DNA of 64,000 nt, taken from NCBI GenBank assembly GCA_030141605.1, contig JAQGDQ010000644.1, forward strand, positions 55,907-119,906, read 5' to 3'. A program made the position numbers and the translations under genes. Positions 38,071-51,617 of this stretch are shown here, in pieces. The notes below the pieces were generated by a model that saw only the letters and a list, made by a program, of their open reading frames with translations, was not told the DNA's origin and did not search any database. This stretch comes from Tubiluchus corallicola (Eukaryota; Animalia; Priapulida). How positions within the stretch are numbered: the first letter of the stretch is position 1; every line of letters starts with the position of its first letter.

Positions 38071-38234
38071 GCTGCACTTGTCCTTCGTTTGCTTTCCCAA
38101 ATTCGCTTAGGACAGCATTTTGTAAAACCAAATACAGCTGGCACTTCACTTGCAAAATTTTCACGGAATGTAAACGTCCGTGACTACGAGCAGCGTTCAT
38201 ACATGGCTTTAGAAAATTGTTTAGAAAATACTTT

Positions 38235-38262
38235 AATAAATTATAAAATTTAATAAAATAAA
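38235..38262 (+). terminator. Candidate polyadenylation signals of gene 2
   Basis: Cluster of AATAAA hexamers about 165-190 nt after the stop codon. Confidence 0.35.
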
Positions 38263-39597
38263 CAAGAAAAAAATAGCAAGAACATGAGTCAAAGAGAATT
38301 CAAGCGACCAATGAAAATAATTAATATGAATTTTCGTGTGAATTTGATTGACACGAAAATTATTTTTCCATTTTAATTTTCCCTTTTAGATTAACGTTGT
38401 GCTGTGCTTGCTTCTGATCGTAAATCGGTTAAGTTTTTACACAAAATGGCAGAACTCGTTTATTTTTCGGAAAAACAAGGTTAAATTTTCTTGAAAACTA
38501 CAAAGGTTTGGTTATAACAACAAACACGTACATTCACTTTACGAAAAAAATGGAGCCTGATGTTTTTGCTTATATCGTAATTCTAATACGGCCGTCTTTG
38601 AGTGTAAATATATGCGTGTTGTGTGAAATATTTAATAATGCAAACTTTTGTGTGTTGTTATAACTGTGATCAAAATGAACAAAATAAAACGGCTTTATAG
38701 TAAATTTCCACGCGCTTTTATAGTTTTATATTTTATATTTGGTTACAAGGCAATAATTTTACAATTTAAATTCGACCTACTTATAAGAAAAAATGCAACA
38801 ATAGTTAGATAAAATAATATTACGCAGATGTCAAAATTGCACGAGTTCAATCTGAATTTAGAATTTGCAATGCTCTGTAGCCTGTTTTTGCCTCGTTTTG
38901 TGAACAGCGTTTTAGTAAATCCATTTTGTCACACAGTAGAGGGCAGCAGAAGCCGGCATACTATTACATACAACATACAGTCTCTTTTATAGATCAAAAC
39001 TATTTAAACTAGGAATAGTAAGCTTCTTTTTCAGTTTACTGGTTGGTTACTGGTTTGTGTTGTTAATTGCTCTACAGTTTGTGTAGTTTTCAACTGCAGA
39101 ATTTCTTAAAAATATTCTATTCTTTACCTTTCTATCTCAGAAAACATTTTCGGGCATACGTAGCAGCGGGCTTATTGAGGGACCGTGTAATAGTCACACA
39201 TGGTTTTGAAACTAAGAACCTTCGCGGAAATACCACTTAGTGTCTTGTACGTTTGTAAATTTTTTTCGTTTTTTGACACCTAAAGATAATCCTCGGTGGT
39301 AGAGTAAAACGTCGTCTATTTTCATTTATTGTGAGATTTTTCACTAATTATATATAAACTTTATTATTTATTTTAATTAGGTTTACAAAACAGTATAAGT
39401 GATCACAGTATTTCCTCTATGCGCAATACATGAAAAATGTAGTGCATTTTAGTTAAATACAGATATGTAAATCTGAGCATAGAAGTTTTCAGAATATAAT
39501 TATTGAAATAATTAATTCAGTGATACATCTGTCCATACAGTTAATTCAAAAATACCAGTTATTCATTAATTGGTACTTAAAAACTGAAATGTACAAA

Positions 39598-39977
39598 ACC
39601 AATACAATACAGATACAATACAATACAATACAGTACAGTGCAGTGCAGTGCAGTGCAGTGCAGTGCAGTGCAGTGCAGTGCAGTGCAGTGCAGTGCAGTG
39701 CAGTGCAGTACAGTACAGTACAGTACAGTGCAGTGCAGTACAGTACAGTACAGTACAGTACAGTACAGTACAGTACAGTACAGTACAGTACAGTACAGTA
39801 CAGTACAGTACAGTACAGTACAGTACAGTACAGTACAGTACAGTACAGTACAGTACAGTACAGTACAGTACAGTACAGTACAGTACAGTACAGTACAGTA
39901 CAGTACAGTACAGTACAGTACAATACAATACAATACAATACAATACAATACAATACAATACAATACAATACAGTACA
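39598..39977. repeat. Compound pentanucleotide microsatellite (CAATA/CAGTA/CAGTG)
   Basis: Directly visible. Confidence 0.95.
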
Positions 39978-41250
39978 GATAGGATAGCAGAACAATGATT
40001 CTCAATACACATCAGCTCGTAAGCCCATATAAAACTGTAAGTTTAATAACTAGTACTTAAATCAAAAATACAACACCAAGCTTCAACATTCGTGTATCAT
40101 CATCAGCATCATCGGCATCATCATCATCATCATCATCGTCACCACCACCACCACCACCACCATCACCATCATCGTCATCATAATTATTAAAAAAAGAGCA
40201 AATCACGATGTTTTACAAAGCAAACCTAGAAGGTCACAATGCAGCTAATGAGACAAAAATAACTTTCACTTCGTTTGCCAATTTTACTGTCAATACAGGC
40301 GTCAAGAATACAAAACTGGCTTTCAAATATAAGACTTGGTAATCTGCTACATCAGTCAAAGCGCTGAAAGTATATTTTAACAGCATGCGTGGTACTATAA
40401 CTACTTTTCGCAAACAGGAGCAACAAACAGTTCCTTTAACTACTGTTTGTAATAACGTACATGGCTTTCCGTTTGAGTAATTGCTAATGTCCAAGCACTT
40501 CGTCATAGTGGCCTACTGGCCGCTTATCTAACATTGAATCTTATAAAGGTCGTTTGTCGAACTCACAAGGTTCAGGACTCGCTACTTTGGCGGGATTACC
40601 GTTCAGACAAAGCATCAGAGAAAGTTGTCTGCACGCAATGCTTTTAACTAGTCATATAGTTAGTCAAGATAACGAAGTTAATTTTTCAGATTTGCGGTGA
40701 CAAAATTTTCTTGTTTTTCAAACAATGGTTTGGTGAACGAATACCCCGGTTAAAGGTCAAGGGTACAGGCCATCGGTCAATTCCAGTGGCTGCTTAACTG
40801 CTGAGGTATCAATTACTAAAGCTACCCACCCAATGATCAATGGTGCGCCCACCTTCCACGTAGTTGCCTCTTCTCGTCATTCCAAACATTCACAATCACA
40901 ATTAGTCGTTACAGGACCTGTAGACCTTTTTCATAGGAAATAATGATGCAGCATGAGATTTCATCACTTGTGAGATTGGAAAGAAAAAAATTACTGATGT
41001 CTTTAGTGTTTGATTTTCGAGTATGATGAATTATAGTAGACATTAAAAGAAACGGGTTTTCGTTGCCGAGTTACCAATTGCAGCCTGAGATAAAGAAACA
41101 TGTCTCGTTTATAGAGCCAATCGAATAACCTTTGCTAAATCACAAATTGCATCACAATTTTGCTTCTCTGTTCGCAAATTACTATACATCCATTTTGAAT
41201 CAGTTAGGTGACCACTTACAAGCTTTCTCACCGTGATGATGATCGTGAAA

Positions 41251-41522
41251 AGGTCAAAGGTTAAGTGTACCAGACAACGCATTTGTGTAGGTACACTTGA
41301 CAATGCCTTGCAGCCCACGTTATGGTAACAGTAACAGTTTTAACAGCAAGCTAGAACCTTACCTAGTTCATTTTTCTCTTGTTCTCAAGCAAGATCCTGC
41401 TAGTAAATAAGATCCTCTACGCACAAACTAAATTGTTACTGCACTTCGGCTTTGCTTTATCCACATGTCACCTGACGGTTGTAGTTAAGACGCGTTGCTG
41501 TGGTACACTTAACCTTTGACCT
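41251..41522. mobile_element. MITE-like element with 22-bp perfect inverted termini
   Basis: AGGTCAAAGGTTAAGTGTACCA (41251-41272) and TGGTACACTTAACCTTTGACCT (41501-41522), with pairing extending imperfectly inward (CAACGC/GCGTTG). No clear TSD seen. Confidence 0.65.
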
Positions 41523-42493
41523 GCAGCAACTGCGCGCGCGCACACGCACAACGAAACAGCTAAAGGTTAATTCTATGTGCAGATATAAACGAGATTGCAT
41601 TTATTCAAAGCAGAACACGCAAATCATTACGAATTGATGGTAATAAATCTACAATAGCCATGAGTGAAACAGAATTAGCTGCCATTATCAAAACTGAATT
41701 TTACGACAGTGACTGAACAAAATATTCCTTATTTTAAGCTCATCAACTTTATGCTACAATGTAAAAAAATCTACCGGGAACAATTGTAACCGTGGCAGCT
41801 CAAATATCGTTAGAGTATGATGTCATCATTTTTGCACTTATTAATTTTACTAGAGCCATGCTACAAAACTCGGGAGAATAAAGATGCAGAGCATGCTTGA
41901 ATTGAAATGAATTTGTTTTAGTATTTTAGAAATTACAAGACGTATACTCGTAAGACACGTAAAGAGCAAAAATGTTCCTTTATTTCCATTACTGTCCAAC
42001 AAAAATTTGCAACTACTCAGATAAAAACTTTAAAAAATAGCTAACAAATTTAACCCTAGCGAGGAATAAGAAAATCCTGAAGACGCACGTGGTTTGCTTA
42101 AATTATAGAAACACTACGGATTTTTCTGGGTACCCAGTCATATCAATAGAGTCTGCTACCATTTCTGTTTGGAAAAAGGGCATCCCAGTAGCGGACTAAG
42201 TATTGGCTTCCAATAAACCTGATTTCAGCTTATGATCCGACAAGAAGTCGTAATCATACAATTTGCGAAACATCCAGGGAGGGTTTCCATAAGCACAAGC
42301 TCTAGACACTACTTACCCTTTATCAGCACCACCTCCCATTCAGTGTTTGTGTATACTGCAGACTCTGCAGTAAAATTGTAATTCCCCAGGTTAACACGGA
42401 AGTGTAGTAGTCCCACTTTCATAGCAATTAGATTTTTGACTAGCTCTTACTTATTACAACTAGCGTATTCTAATTAAAACATATTATTCTTAA

Positions 42494-43056
42494 AGGAAGA
42501 CAGGATGATTTTTCATATTCTGCCCAATTTTCAAGTAAGGTAAAAAGTATACATTTTAACATCAACAATATTGTAAAACCGTTTCTGATAATTAAATAAT
42601 AGATTAAAATCTTAACAAACGACGGGCGAGCCCAACTAGTGATGACATCACAAGCTAACTTAATTTTCATGAACGTGTTGCGTGTGCTTGCGAAAGCGAA
42701 AACTGAAGTACAGTGTTACTCTAAGAAATTCAGATATAAATTTCAAATTTACCGCTCTCATCACGCAGCGCTGTCGAACGAGTGTAGTTCTTCATGAAAT
42801 TAACACATCTGAACTGAGAGGTACAGCGCCTGTTTTTGTGCAACGGTTTTCGAAATGCAGGCTCTAATGCCCGTCTAACTAGCAAATGGCGAAATGCGTG
42901 TAACATCGAAGAACTAGTGGCGCGAATGCGAAATTGTGTTTGTGTGGTAATAATTCTTTCACGTAAGTCAGTTTTTGAAAAATAGTACGTTTCCTTTCAG
43001 TATTTTAAAAACTAGGTTATTTTGACCTACAGTTTAAGATTGGGTACATTTTTGCT
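42494..43056 (+). mobile_element. TTAA-flanked non-autonomous DNA transposon, family A copy 2
   Basis: TTAA at 42490-42493 and 43057-43060; colinear with 1947-2553 (e.g. CACATCTGAACTGAGAGGTACAG, ATAATTCTTTCACGTAAGTCA). Confidence 0.75.
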
Positions 43057-43836
43057 TTAATGACATGATTTGTGTGACACTTAATATCTTTATCATCAAT
43101 GGCTTCCTCAATTGAAGTTTTCTTGTGTTTAAGGTGCTAACAATTAAATCTGTTTTAATTGTTAAGTGCTCCAGTTGGGCTCGATATTAACTAAAATCAG
43201 CATGTTTTTAGTGTGTAAAATCTGTTGTGAGTTTTAATCGCAAGATGTTTGGTCATGTGGTTTTTGAAATGCCCGGAGTATGATTATCAAATCTGAGTGC
43301 AATTTCCTTAACCAAATTAAACTTTTTTCTATATACCACATCTAATCCTAGAGCTGTTTATAAGTATTTTATTTTATTTTATTATCACATTGTCATATAA
43401 TTTTAATTATATTATAAAATATTCACACAATAACTAATGCAAATGAAATGGTGGTAGTTAATAGTACGTAATGGTTGAAGTATCTCAACTGCAACAAAAT
43501 CGAAGAAATCTCAATTTTGCTTGAATTATTTAAGCTCTTTTTAGGCAAACACACAGACGGTTACACATAAACAAAAGAACACAGTGTGTGGGAAAGGGGG
43601 CCAAGTGCAATTTGTATAGAAATATAATAATAACAATAAAACCGACGCCATGCTTCTTTTGTAAATGATTTATTTCTATAACTCAATAAAGCTATGATAG
43701 CATGGCGTCACGCAGCTAGTATCAAAACGCAGCAGCAGATGTCTCTGTCAGACGACTGCGCTCTCTATGTTAATCCAACGGAAGCCAGAGCCACAGCCGC
43801 AACCATCTGACAGATCGTCCATTTACGACATGGTGA

Positions 43837-44103
43837 ATGAAGAAGCCAGGTACCGCGTGCTTTAATCGTAACACGTGTTCTGTGAAGCATCCAGGGAAAG
43901 TTTCTGTGGGCGCAATGTTGCGTTTTTGCTTAATTTTCTTGTTGTGCAATACACTGACCACACTGACCACTGCAAATCCTGATGCAAAGCGACTGTATGA
44001 TGATTTGTTAAGTAATTACAACCGACTTATTCGCCCTGTTGGAAACAATTCGGAAAAACTGAACGTGAAAATTGGGCTTCGCTTGTCTCAGCTTATAGAT
44101 GTT
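43837..44103 (+). CDS. nAChR gene 3 (alpha-like), first coding exon with signal peptide; start at ATG 43837 or in-frame ATG 43915
   Basis: [63 protein letters not shown]|gtaagt. [22 protein letters not shown] is the hallmark N-terminus of the invertebrate Dalpha1-4/Dbeta2-type group. Confidence 0.93.
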
Positions 44104-47100
44104 GTAAGTATTATGTTTTTACAAATCAGGCTAAACAAGGCAGTTCAGATAAGCTAGAGGCTACAGTTAAAAAACAAAATATGCGAACATAGTTCCGGAA
44201 AGTAAACATTTTATTACTAATTTGCTTCTTACAGGAGGTGTCAGGTAATGTTCTTCTTAAAGCTGGTGAGGTTACATAAATAACTTGGCAACAAATTTCT
44301 GGTAATGAATTCCATAGATAAAAGGCCCGAGGGAAACTTATAATCAGCTGTTTTACGTTTGTGCAAGATATTGTCCAAGTTGCCATTACTTTTTTCTTTT
44401 GTTTCTTTTGCTTGTTTCTTTTGCTACCTGCACAACTGGTGATATACATACATAAAAAACTTTCGCAAAATATAAACATCCAGGTAGAACAGATTGAAAT
44501 GTCGACGGAGATACATTCAGTGACAAGCGGCATCGCTTTGACATCATTCAACAAAACTTACATTGAAATGTAACAGTACTGCACTTAAAAAATGTGAGAT
44601 GCCATTGCAAATTATTATTAATCCTTAATTTCAGGAGTATTAATTAACGATGAAACAAGCTATTAATTGGTAAGTTTTGTAAATCAAATTTGTCCGAAAC
44701 TGAGGAAATGTAAAATGCGAATAATCATCTAATTACTTTTGATATATTTTCACCGTAAATTGATTGCAAAACTCTTAATTTAATTAGTTATTAATCTGAC
44801 TTTTTCTTCTTGCCCTGCATAATCATATGGTGTATAACGCACTATTTGTTTCAGTTTAAAAATGACAGTCGATTTGTCGCATTTTTCTTCTTTATTTGTT
44901 CATTAACCTTTTCTTTTACAATACTTTAGACATTTTTTGTTTATCTACAGTTTCTAAAAGCTTTATGTGTAGTAATTTTTCAGTATGTTTTTAATTCTTG
45001 TAGTTAGCCTTCTTAGTTTTAATAATTCCACAACGCCTAGACGAGTAGTACATTATTCCAATTTGTTTTTATCTTATTTCACATTCTCATCTTTAATGTA
45101 ACTAAATCGGTAATATCCATTCCATTTATTTTTAATACCAATCATTTGTTTGCGCGGTTATTCATTTATTCATTATTTCATTTGTTGTTCTGTATTCATT
45201 CATTCATACCTTATTCCCTTCTTTTTCATTCATTCTTTCAAAAAAAATCTAGATTTAATACCGGAGCGATAAGGTTTGCACAGATGAAATTGCACCATTC
45301 GAACAGACTGAATGCCATCAAATGAGGTTTTAAAAAAAATTTGGTACCATACAGCTTTGTTCCTCATTAGATCTTTTGAACTATACTGCTATTAACATTA
45401 GTGAACGTGATTTAATTCAACTTTTTATTAAAACTGTAGCAATTATGATTTTGGAGTTAATTGAGTATTCTTTGACCCTTCTCATTCATCATCAAAAATG
45501 CAAGTTTAAGACGTTCAAAATGACAGGAAACAAATCCAGTTTTAAATCACTTCGAGATGTCGCACTGTCACACTGATCTTTCTTTTAATCATGAAACAAA
45601 CGAGACATTCCAGGAGAACATAAAATTTAAATAAGTTTAAAATTAAATGTGGCTTTACAAATGCGAACATGCAATTTAAATCAATTTAAATGAGTTAATT
45701 ATTAAAAAACTTTTTAATTGATTTACTAATTAACGAATTGCTATAAATTTTTTGTTTAGTATAAAAGATGTCCTTGCTAATCACTCGATCAAATTTCAAC
45801 TCAATTAGAGCATGGGAATATGAGACTGAAATCAATTTAAATTAATTAATTAAACAGCCTTAGATAGTTAATTAATTACCAGACACCTACAAATTTCGAG
45901 TTTTCAATCAACGAAATCTTTTGCTGATAATCAAGCCAAGCTTCACATTAACTGAGTCATGGCAACATTCAATTTGATCAATCCAAAATCAATTAATTAA
46001 TTAATTAAACAGCTCTAATTAATTAACTAATAAATGCATTGCGACATTTTTTCATTTTGAACCAAGACATCACCCCATATTTTACCTCAATTGGATAAAA
46101 ACTTTTGGAGTTATTTAAACTCAAACGGAGTTAAAAAGTTGGACGGACAAGCCTGACGGACAGAGTGAGTGAATTTGTGAAAAACTGAAAGACCTGCTCG
46201 GAAATTTACTCACACATGACTTATGGGGGCGGGGTAAAAAGCGGCTCGTCTTTCCGACACATTTTTATAATAAACCAGTCACGAACTTCTGCTTCATCTG
46301 AATTACATCATGATATTAGAATTACCACATGCAGTACCTGATCAAGTATTTCGTGCAATTTTAACTGCATGCTGGTTACCTGCTATCAATACAAAGGGCA
46401 AAGGTCAAAGTCGCAGTTCTTGTTGCGCTTGTTTTTTCGAGTAATTTTTCCTTCGGAGTAACATTTGCAAAATGGCTGACGGCAAGACGCTAACATTACC
46501 AAGCCAGGTAAGGTCGATTATAATGAGCCTTTTCAAATAAGTGGCAGTCGCGTGGTTAGGGTCAGACCTCGAGGTAGCGGCCAACTCGGCTTAGAACGAC
46601 TACTAAACTACTACGAATTATGTTCACTTCAAAGTTGTCTTGACCAGCCATTGCTTCTCGACTGAGCCGGAAAACGGGAAGCCTGAACAATCTCACCAAA
46701 ATGGACGTGGATTATAAAGACGCAGATCTGTCCTCATCAATTATCATTTCTTATCATTTTATGAGATTTGTTGTGCTTATAATGTTTTGTTGAAAGACAT
46801 CAGCATAAATCTATTTTAGTTCGAGATTGATTCAATAATTACACACTGACTTAGGTGATTTCCACAAGTTTTTGTATCTAAGCTAAGAGTTACAGCCGCT
46901 AGTCACAGAAAAACAAGCAGATTTTATTAACTTGATTTTATCTGTGTTCTTAAATTTGAACAACTATCTGGTGGCTAAAAGTTGATAAACCACCTTGTAA
47001 ACAAGTAATTTGCTAAGCCTGTCATAGGATCATAGCCTGTCATAAGCCTGGCCCTCGTAGTCTGTGCACGCCATTTCCTTAGCTATTATTACGAATGATT

Positions 47101-47509
47101 ATTTATTTTGCTGTTTTTGCCAAGAACTTTCAAAACATAAAACAGGATGTAATTAACGAGCGGAAACAAAATAGTAACGAACTCCAAAATGACAGCTTTT
47201 TTTCGAAAACAGTTCGCATGCGCTACGTCGTCATTAAATCTGCCTTGTTGGTTTTTTTGCCTTCTTATCTATTACGAAATCAGAGCTAAGGCTCAGATAA
47301 AAACCTTCGAATGAAAAATCCGAAGCAGTTTCGGTATTTACGAGCCTAGGCGAAAACCAGGACATGTTCAATCGCAACAAACACGTACAATTTGCAGTGT
47401 AGGAGTCTGTGTAAAGAGTTAATTTTATCCCCCGCACTGAATTACAGACCCGTGTTGCGGAATAATGTTACTTTCCTATTGCACTAGGAGCGGCTGATCA
47501 GACAGAGAC

Positions 47510-47896
47510 ATGAATGAATGAATGAATGAATGAATGAAAGAAGAATGAACGGAAGAATGAATGAACGAACGAATGAATGAACGAATGAACGAACGAATTC
47601 GGAATGAATGAATGAACGAATGAATGAACGAACGCACAAACGAACGAACAAACGAACGAATGAATGAACGAACAAATTGATTAGTAAATGAATGAATGAA
47701 TGAATGAATGAATGAATGAATGAATGAATGAATGAATGAATGAATGAATGAATGAATGAATGAATGAATGAATGAATGAATGAATGAATGAATGAATGAA
47801 TGAATGAATGAACGAACGAACGAACGAACGAACGAACGAACGAACGAACGAACGAACGAACGAACGAACGAACGAACGAACGAACGAACGGACGGA
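47510..47896. repeat. (GAAT/GAAC)n tetranucleotide microsatellite
   Basis: Directly visible. Confidence 0.95.
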
Positions 47897-48301
47897 CATT
47901 TTTAATGAACGTTATCATGTCCTATTTTATTTAAGGCAGAAACAAGTCATTATGCTTTGGTATCAACATCCAAGAAAAGATTCCTGATAGAATAAATTCA
48001 CATAAAGTTACATCTCATTATTTTTAGACAGAGAAAAAGATTTCTAAATTTCCTAGATGTAAAGAAAAAACGATATTTTCTTTTTCGGTCAAATTTGATT
48101 CCAAGATTTAATAAGCCTGACTTCATTATAATATAAATCTGTAATATTAAATTTATTGAAAATTAAAAACGACCTTGAAATTTTCAATTTTATCATGTTG
48201 TTTATTGGCATCTATAAATGCTAATTAAAGGAATTTTACTAAAACTGTTATAATCACCTGCGTAGTACTCTAAACACAAAATGTTCTTCATACCACCACT
48301 T

Positions 48302-48726
<425 letters not shown>

Positions 48727-50003
48727 AGGCGTCACCGAGAAAGTAAAAGTTAATATATTTCATTTCAAAATAACCGAGTATAATTCGCTATGCAATCACA
48801 GTAAAGTAAGCCCTGCATTCATTCGCGTAATACGTAAATAATTAAAAATTTCTGAGCGAAATGTGGAACATAAACTTTAAGTGCGCCGTAAACTAAGAAA
48901 AACTTCACGCAGCTTCTCTTTAATTATTATCTTTATAGTTTTCTCACATGGAACTGAATACCAAAACGCAGCTTTTTCTCAGCCCTAACCAAAATAGTAG
49001 CAACTGCTGTAATTTACATATTTAAACACTATGCGTAATCAGGGCCAATCGATTTGTCCTCCATGACATTGAAATGATTTTTAGTTTTTTAGTTTGTTTG
49101 GTGAATTTCCAATTGTTTCTTTGCAAGTTTGCACGAGACTGAACTTACTCTATCGAGTTTGCAAGCTCCCCTGTTTCCCAACATGACCATATTAGCATTC
49201 GCAGGGAGAGAAGAGAGAAACTTAAGATGACATAATTATCCACACTATTAACAAGAATTCAGAGGCCATTTGAAGGTCACAGATGGCGAACGTGAACGCG
49301 CAAGTCAACAAATGGCAGTTTTTAGATGATTTTTAAAACTTTGTAACCACTAAGTACCCCGAGGAAACTTCAACATTTTATATATAGGCACTTGCTTTAA
49401 GCAATTCTTAAGTGCAATACTCATAAACTCCGACTGAGTCTGCCATCTCAACGCCCATTTAAAGGGACCATTCACTTGCTTTGGCAAAATCTACATGAAC
49501 GTAATAAAAGCAAATGAGTGAATCGCTGCAACGATTTAAAGAACATTTTGATTAGCGTCTATGTACCACTTTGTAGCAACATTGGAAGTTTCTCACATGA
49601 TAAACTCCAGATACATCATCCTGTATACATCCTACAGAAATTACTGGTTAGACAGATTGCTAATCCAACTGGACACGTGTGTCTTGAAGCCATATTTTAG
49701 AATCGACCTAGTGCACGCAAAGATAGCGGCCCCCGCTGTCGCCGTTGGTTTCTATGCCGGCTTTTGGAAAACATCAAATAATAAAACCGACATACATCTG
49801 TGTGTAATAGCCTAAATAGTTAATAAATTACTTCTGATTACTAAACATGATGATTTGCATAAAATTTTAATGGTTTCATCTTGCCTTAAATTATTTGTAC
49901 AAAGACCATACAAGCATGATGACTCTCAATCCAGATACGATTTTCTTCTCGTTGGTAATATCAGTACCGCATATAGGAAAGCATGCTATAAAGTATACCC
50001 AGT

Positions 50004-50045
<42 letters not shown>

Positions 50046-50195
50046 TATCGTCATTATCATCAACATCAGCAGCAGCATCGTTATCATCATCATTATTATC
50101 ATCATCAAAATCATCGTTATCCTCCTTCTCCTCCTCCTCCTCCTCCTCCTCATCATCATCATCATCGCCGTCATCATCACATTCATCTTCATGGC
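50004..50195. repeat. (ATC/CTC)n trinucleotide repeat
   Basis: Directly visible. Confidence 0.9.
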
Positions 50196-51204
50196 TATCA
50201 ATGATTGCCGTTATTACTATTTTTGTAATCATTATCATTATCATTTTGAATTTTCCTTTATGAATTATTTTGCAGACATTACAGTAAATTCATGTTCAAA
50301 TGGCGTATCGTAGAGGCTGTCAGCCTTTTCATTTCAATGTTTTTATCCAAATAACACATCCATTTTATCCTAATGAGTTTCCTACTGTTTGTAAGTCGCA
50401 TTCAAACGTTCCAGCATTTTATAAATGACAGCTTTTTGCAGGATGGAGCCCTATAACTACGGATTTACTCGTAATCTGCGTAACTGGGCTGTTAGTTTCA
50501 TTAACTAAACAGCACTAGGTCATTTGATATAAAAACTGTCTGAGAAATCTCTTTATACCCACATCGCAAACTTGTTTGTCAAACCTTAAAATTTAAGCGC
50601 AGTGGATTATTTTCCTATTGCACTCTCAGAACGTGTGACCTATTAACGTCACAGTGATCCGGTTTTCTCAATGAAGCCAGATTTTGCCAGCAGCCGTAAG
50701 TCGACATCTAGAAGGTATGCAAACAAAAAACATATCACCCACTCTAGGCTCCAAGGACGAGTTGTTGCCAAGTATTTGAAAACTGTTGAGCTCTGCACTT
50801 GACAAGCTGGTATAATTTCACTCAGCATAGATTTAAGATAAATGTTATTCAGCTTACGGGAGGAATGTCTCTTTTCCGTGACACCAGACCCACAAATGAT
50901 ACGTGTTGTCAGATAACTTGTGACGGATCCGGTCTCAAAAAATAGCTGTCTTTAAACCAGTCGCTGATACAATTCCTCATTATAGCATCAGATAACACTG
51001 AGGTTTGATGGTTTAAATGTTTCCAAAGACAAACGTAATGCAAGACAAGATGCAAACAGTGCATCTGTTTCGGTTATTTGACCACGTTAACACCAAGTCT
51101 TAGGCAACACTATTCGATTTAAACATTGCTGGCATAGGCAAATTTTAATTCATGAATAATTTTTATAGGCTTTTATTTGAACGTATACAAATGTTTTGTT
51201 TATT

Positions 51205-51617
51205 GCCATCACTATCTTCTTCGTCACCATCATAATCATTATCATCGTTATTATCGCTACCGTCATTATCATCATCTTCATCGTCACCACAACCACCCAA
51301 CACTACCACCACTACCACCAGCAGCAACAGCAGCAGCACCAAAACCACTACCAACACCACCACCCCCCACTACCACCTCCACCACCACCACCACAAAGAC
51401 CAACACCACCACCAGCAGCAGCAGCACCACCACCACCACCACCACTACCAACACCAGCATCACCGCCAAACCATGACACCACCACAAACACCACCACCAC
51501 TACCCACCAAAAACCACCAACAACAACCACCACCACCATCACCCACGAACACCACCACCACCACCAAGAGCAGCAGCAGCAGGGGGCGGTATCATCATCA
51601 CCGTCATCGTTATCGTA
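51205..51617. repeat. Degenerate (CAT/CAC/CAG)n low-complexity repeat
   Basis: Directly visible. Confidence 0.85.
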
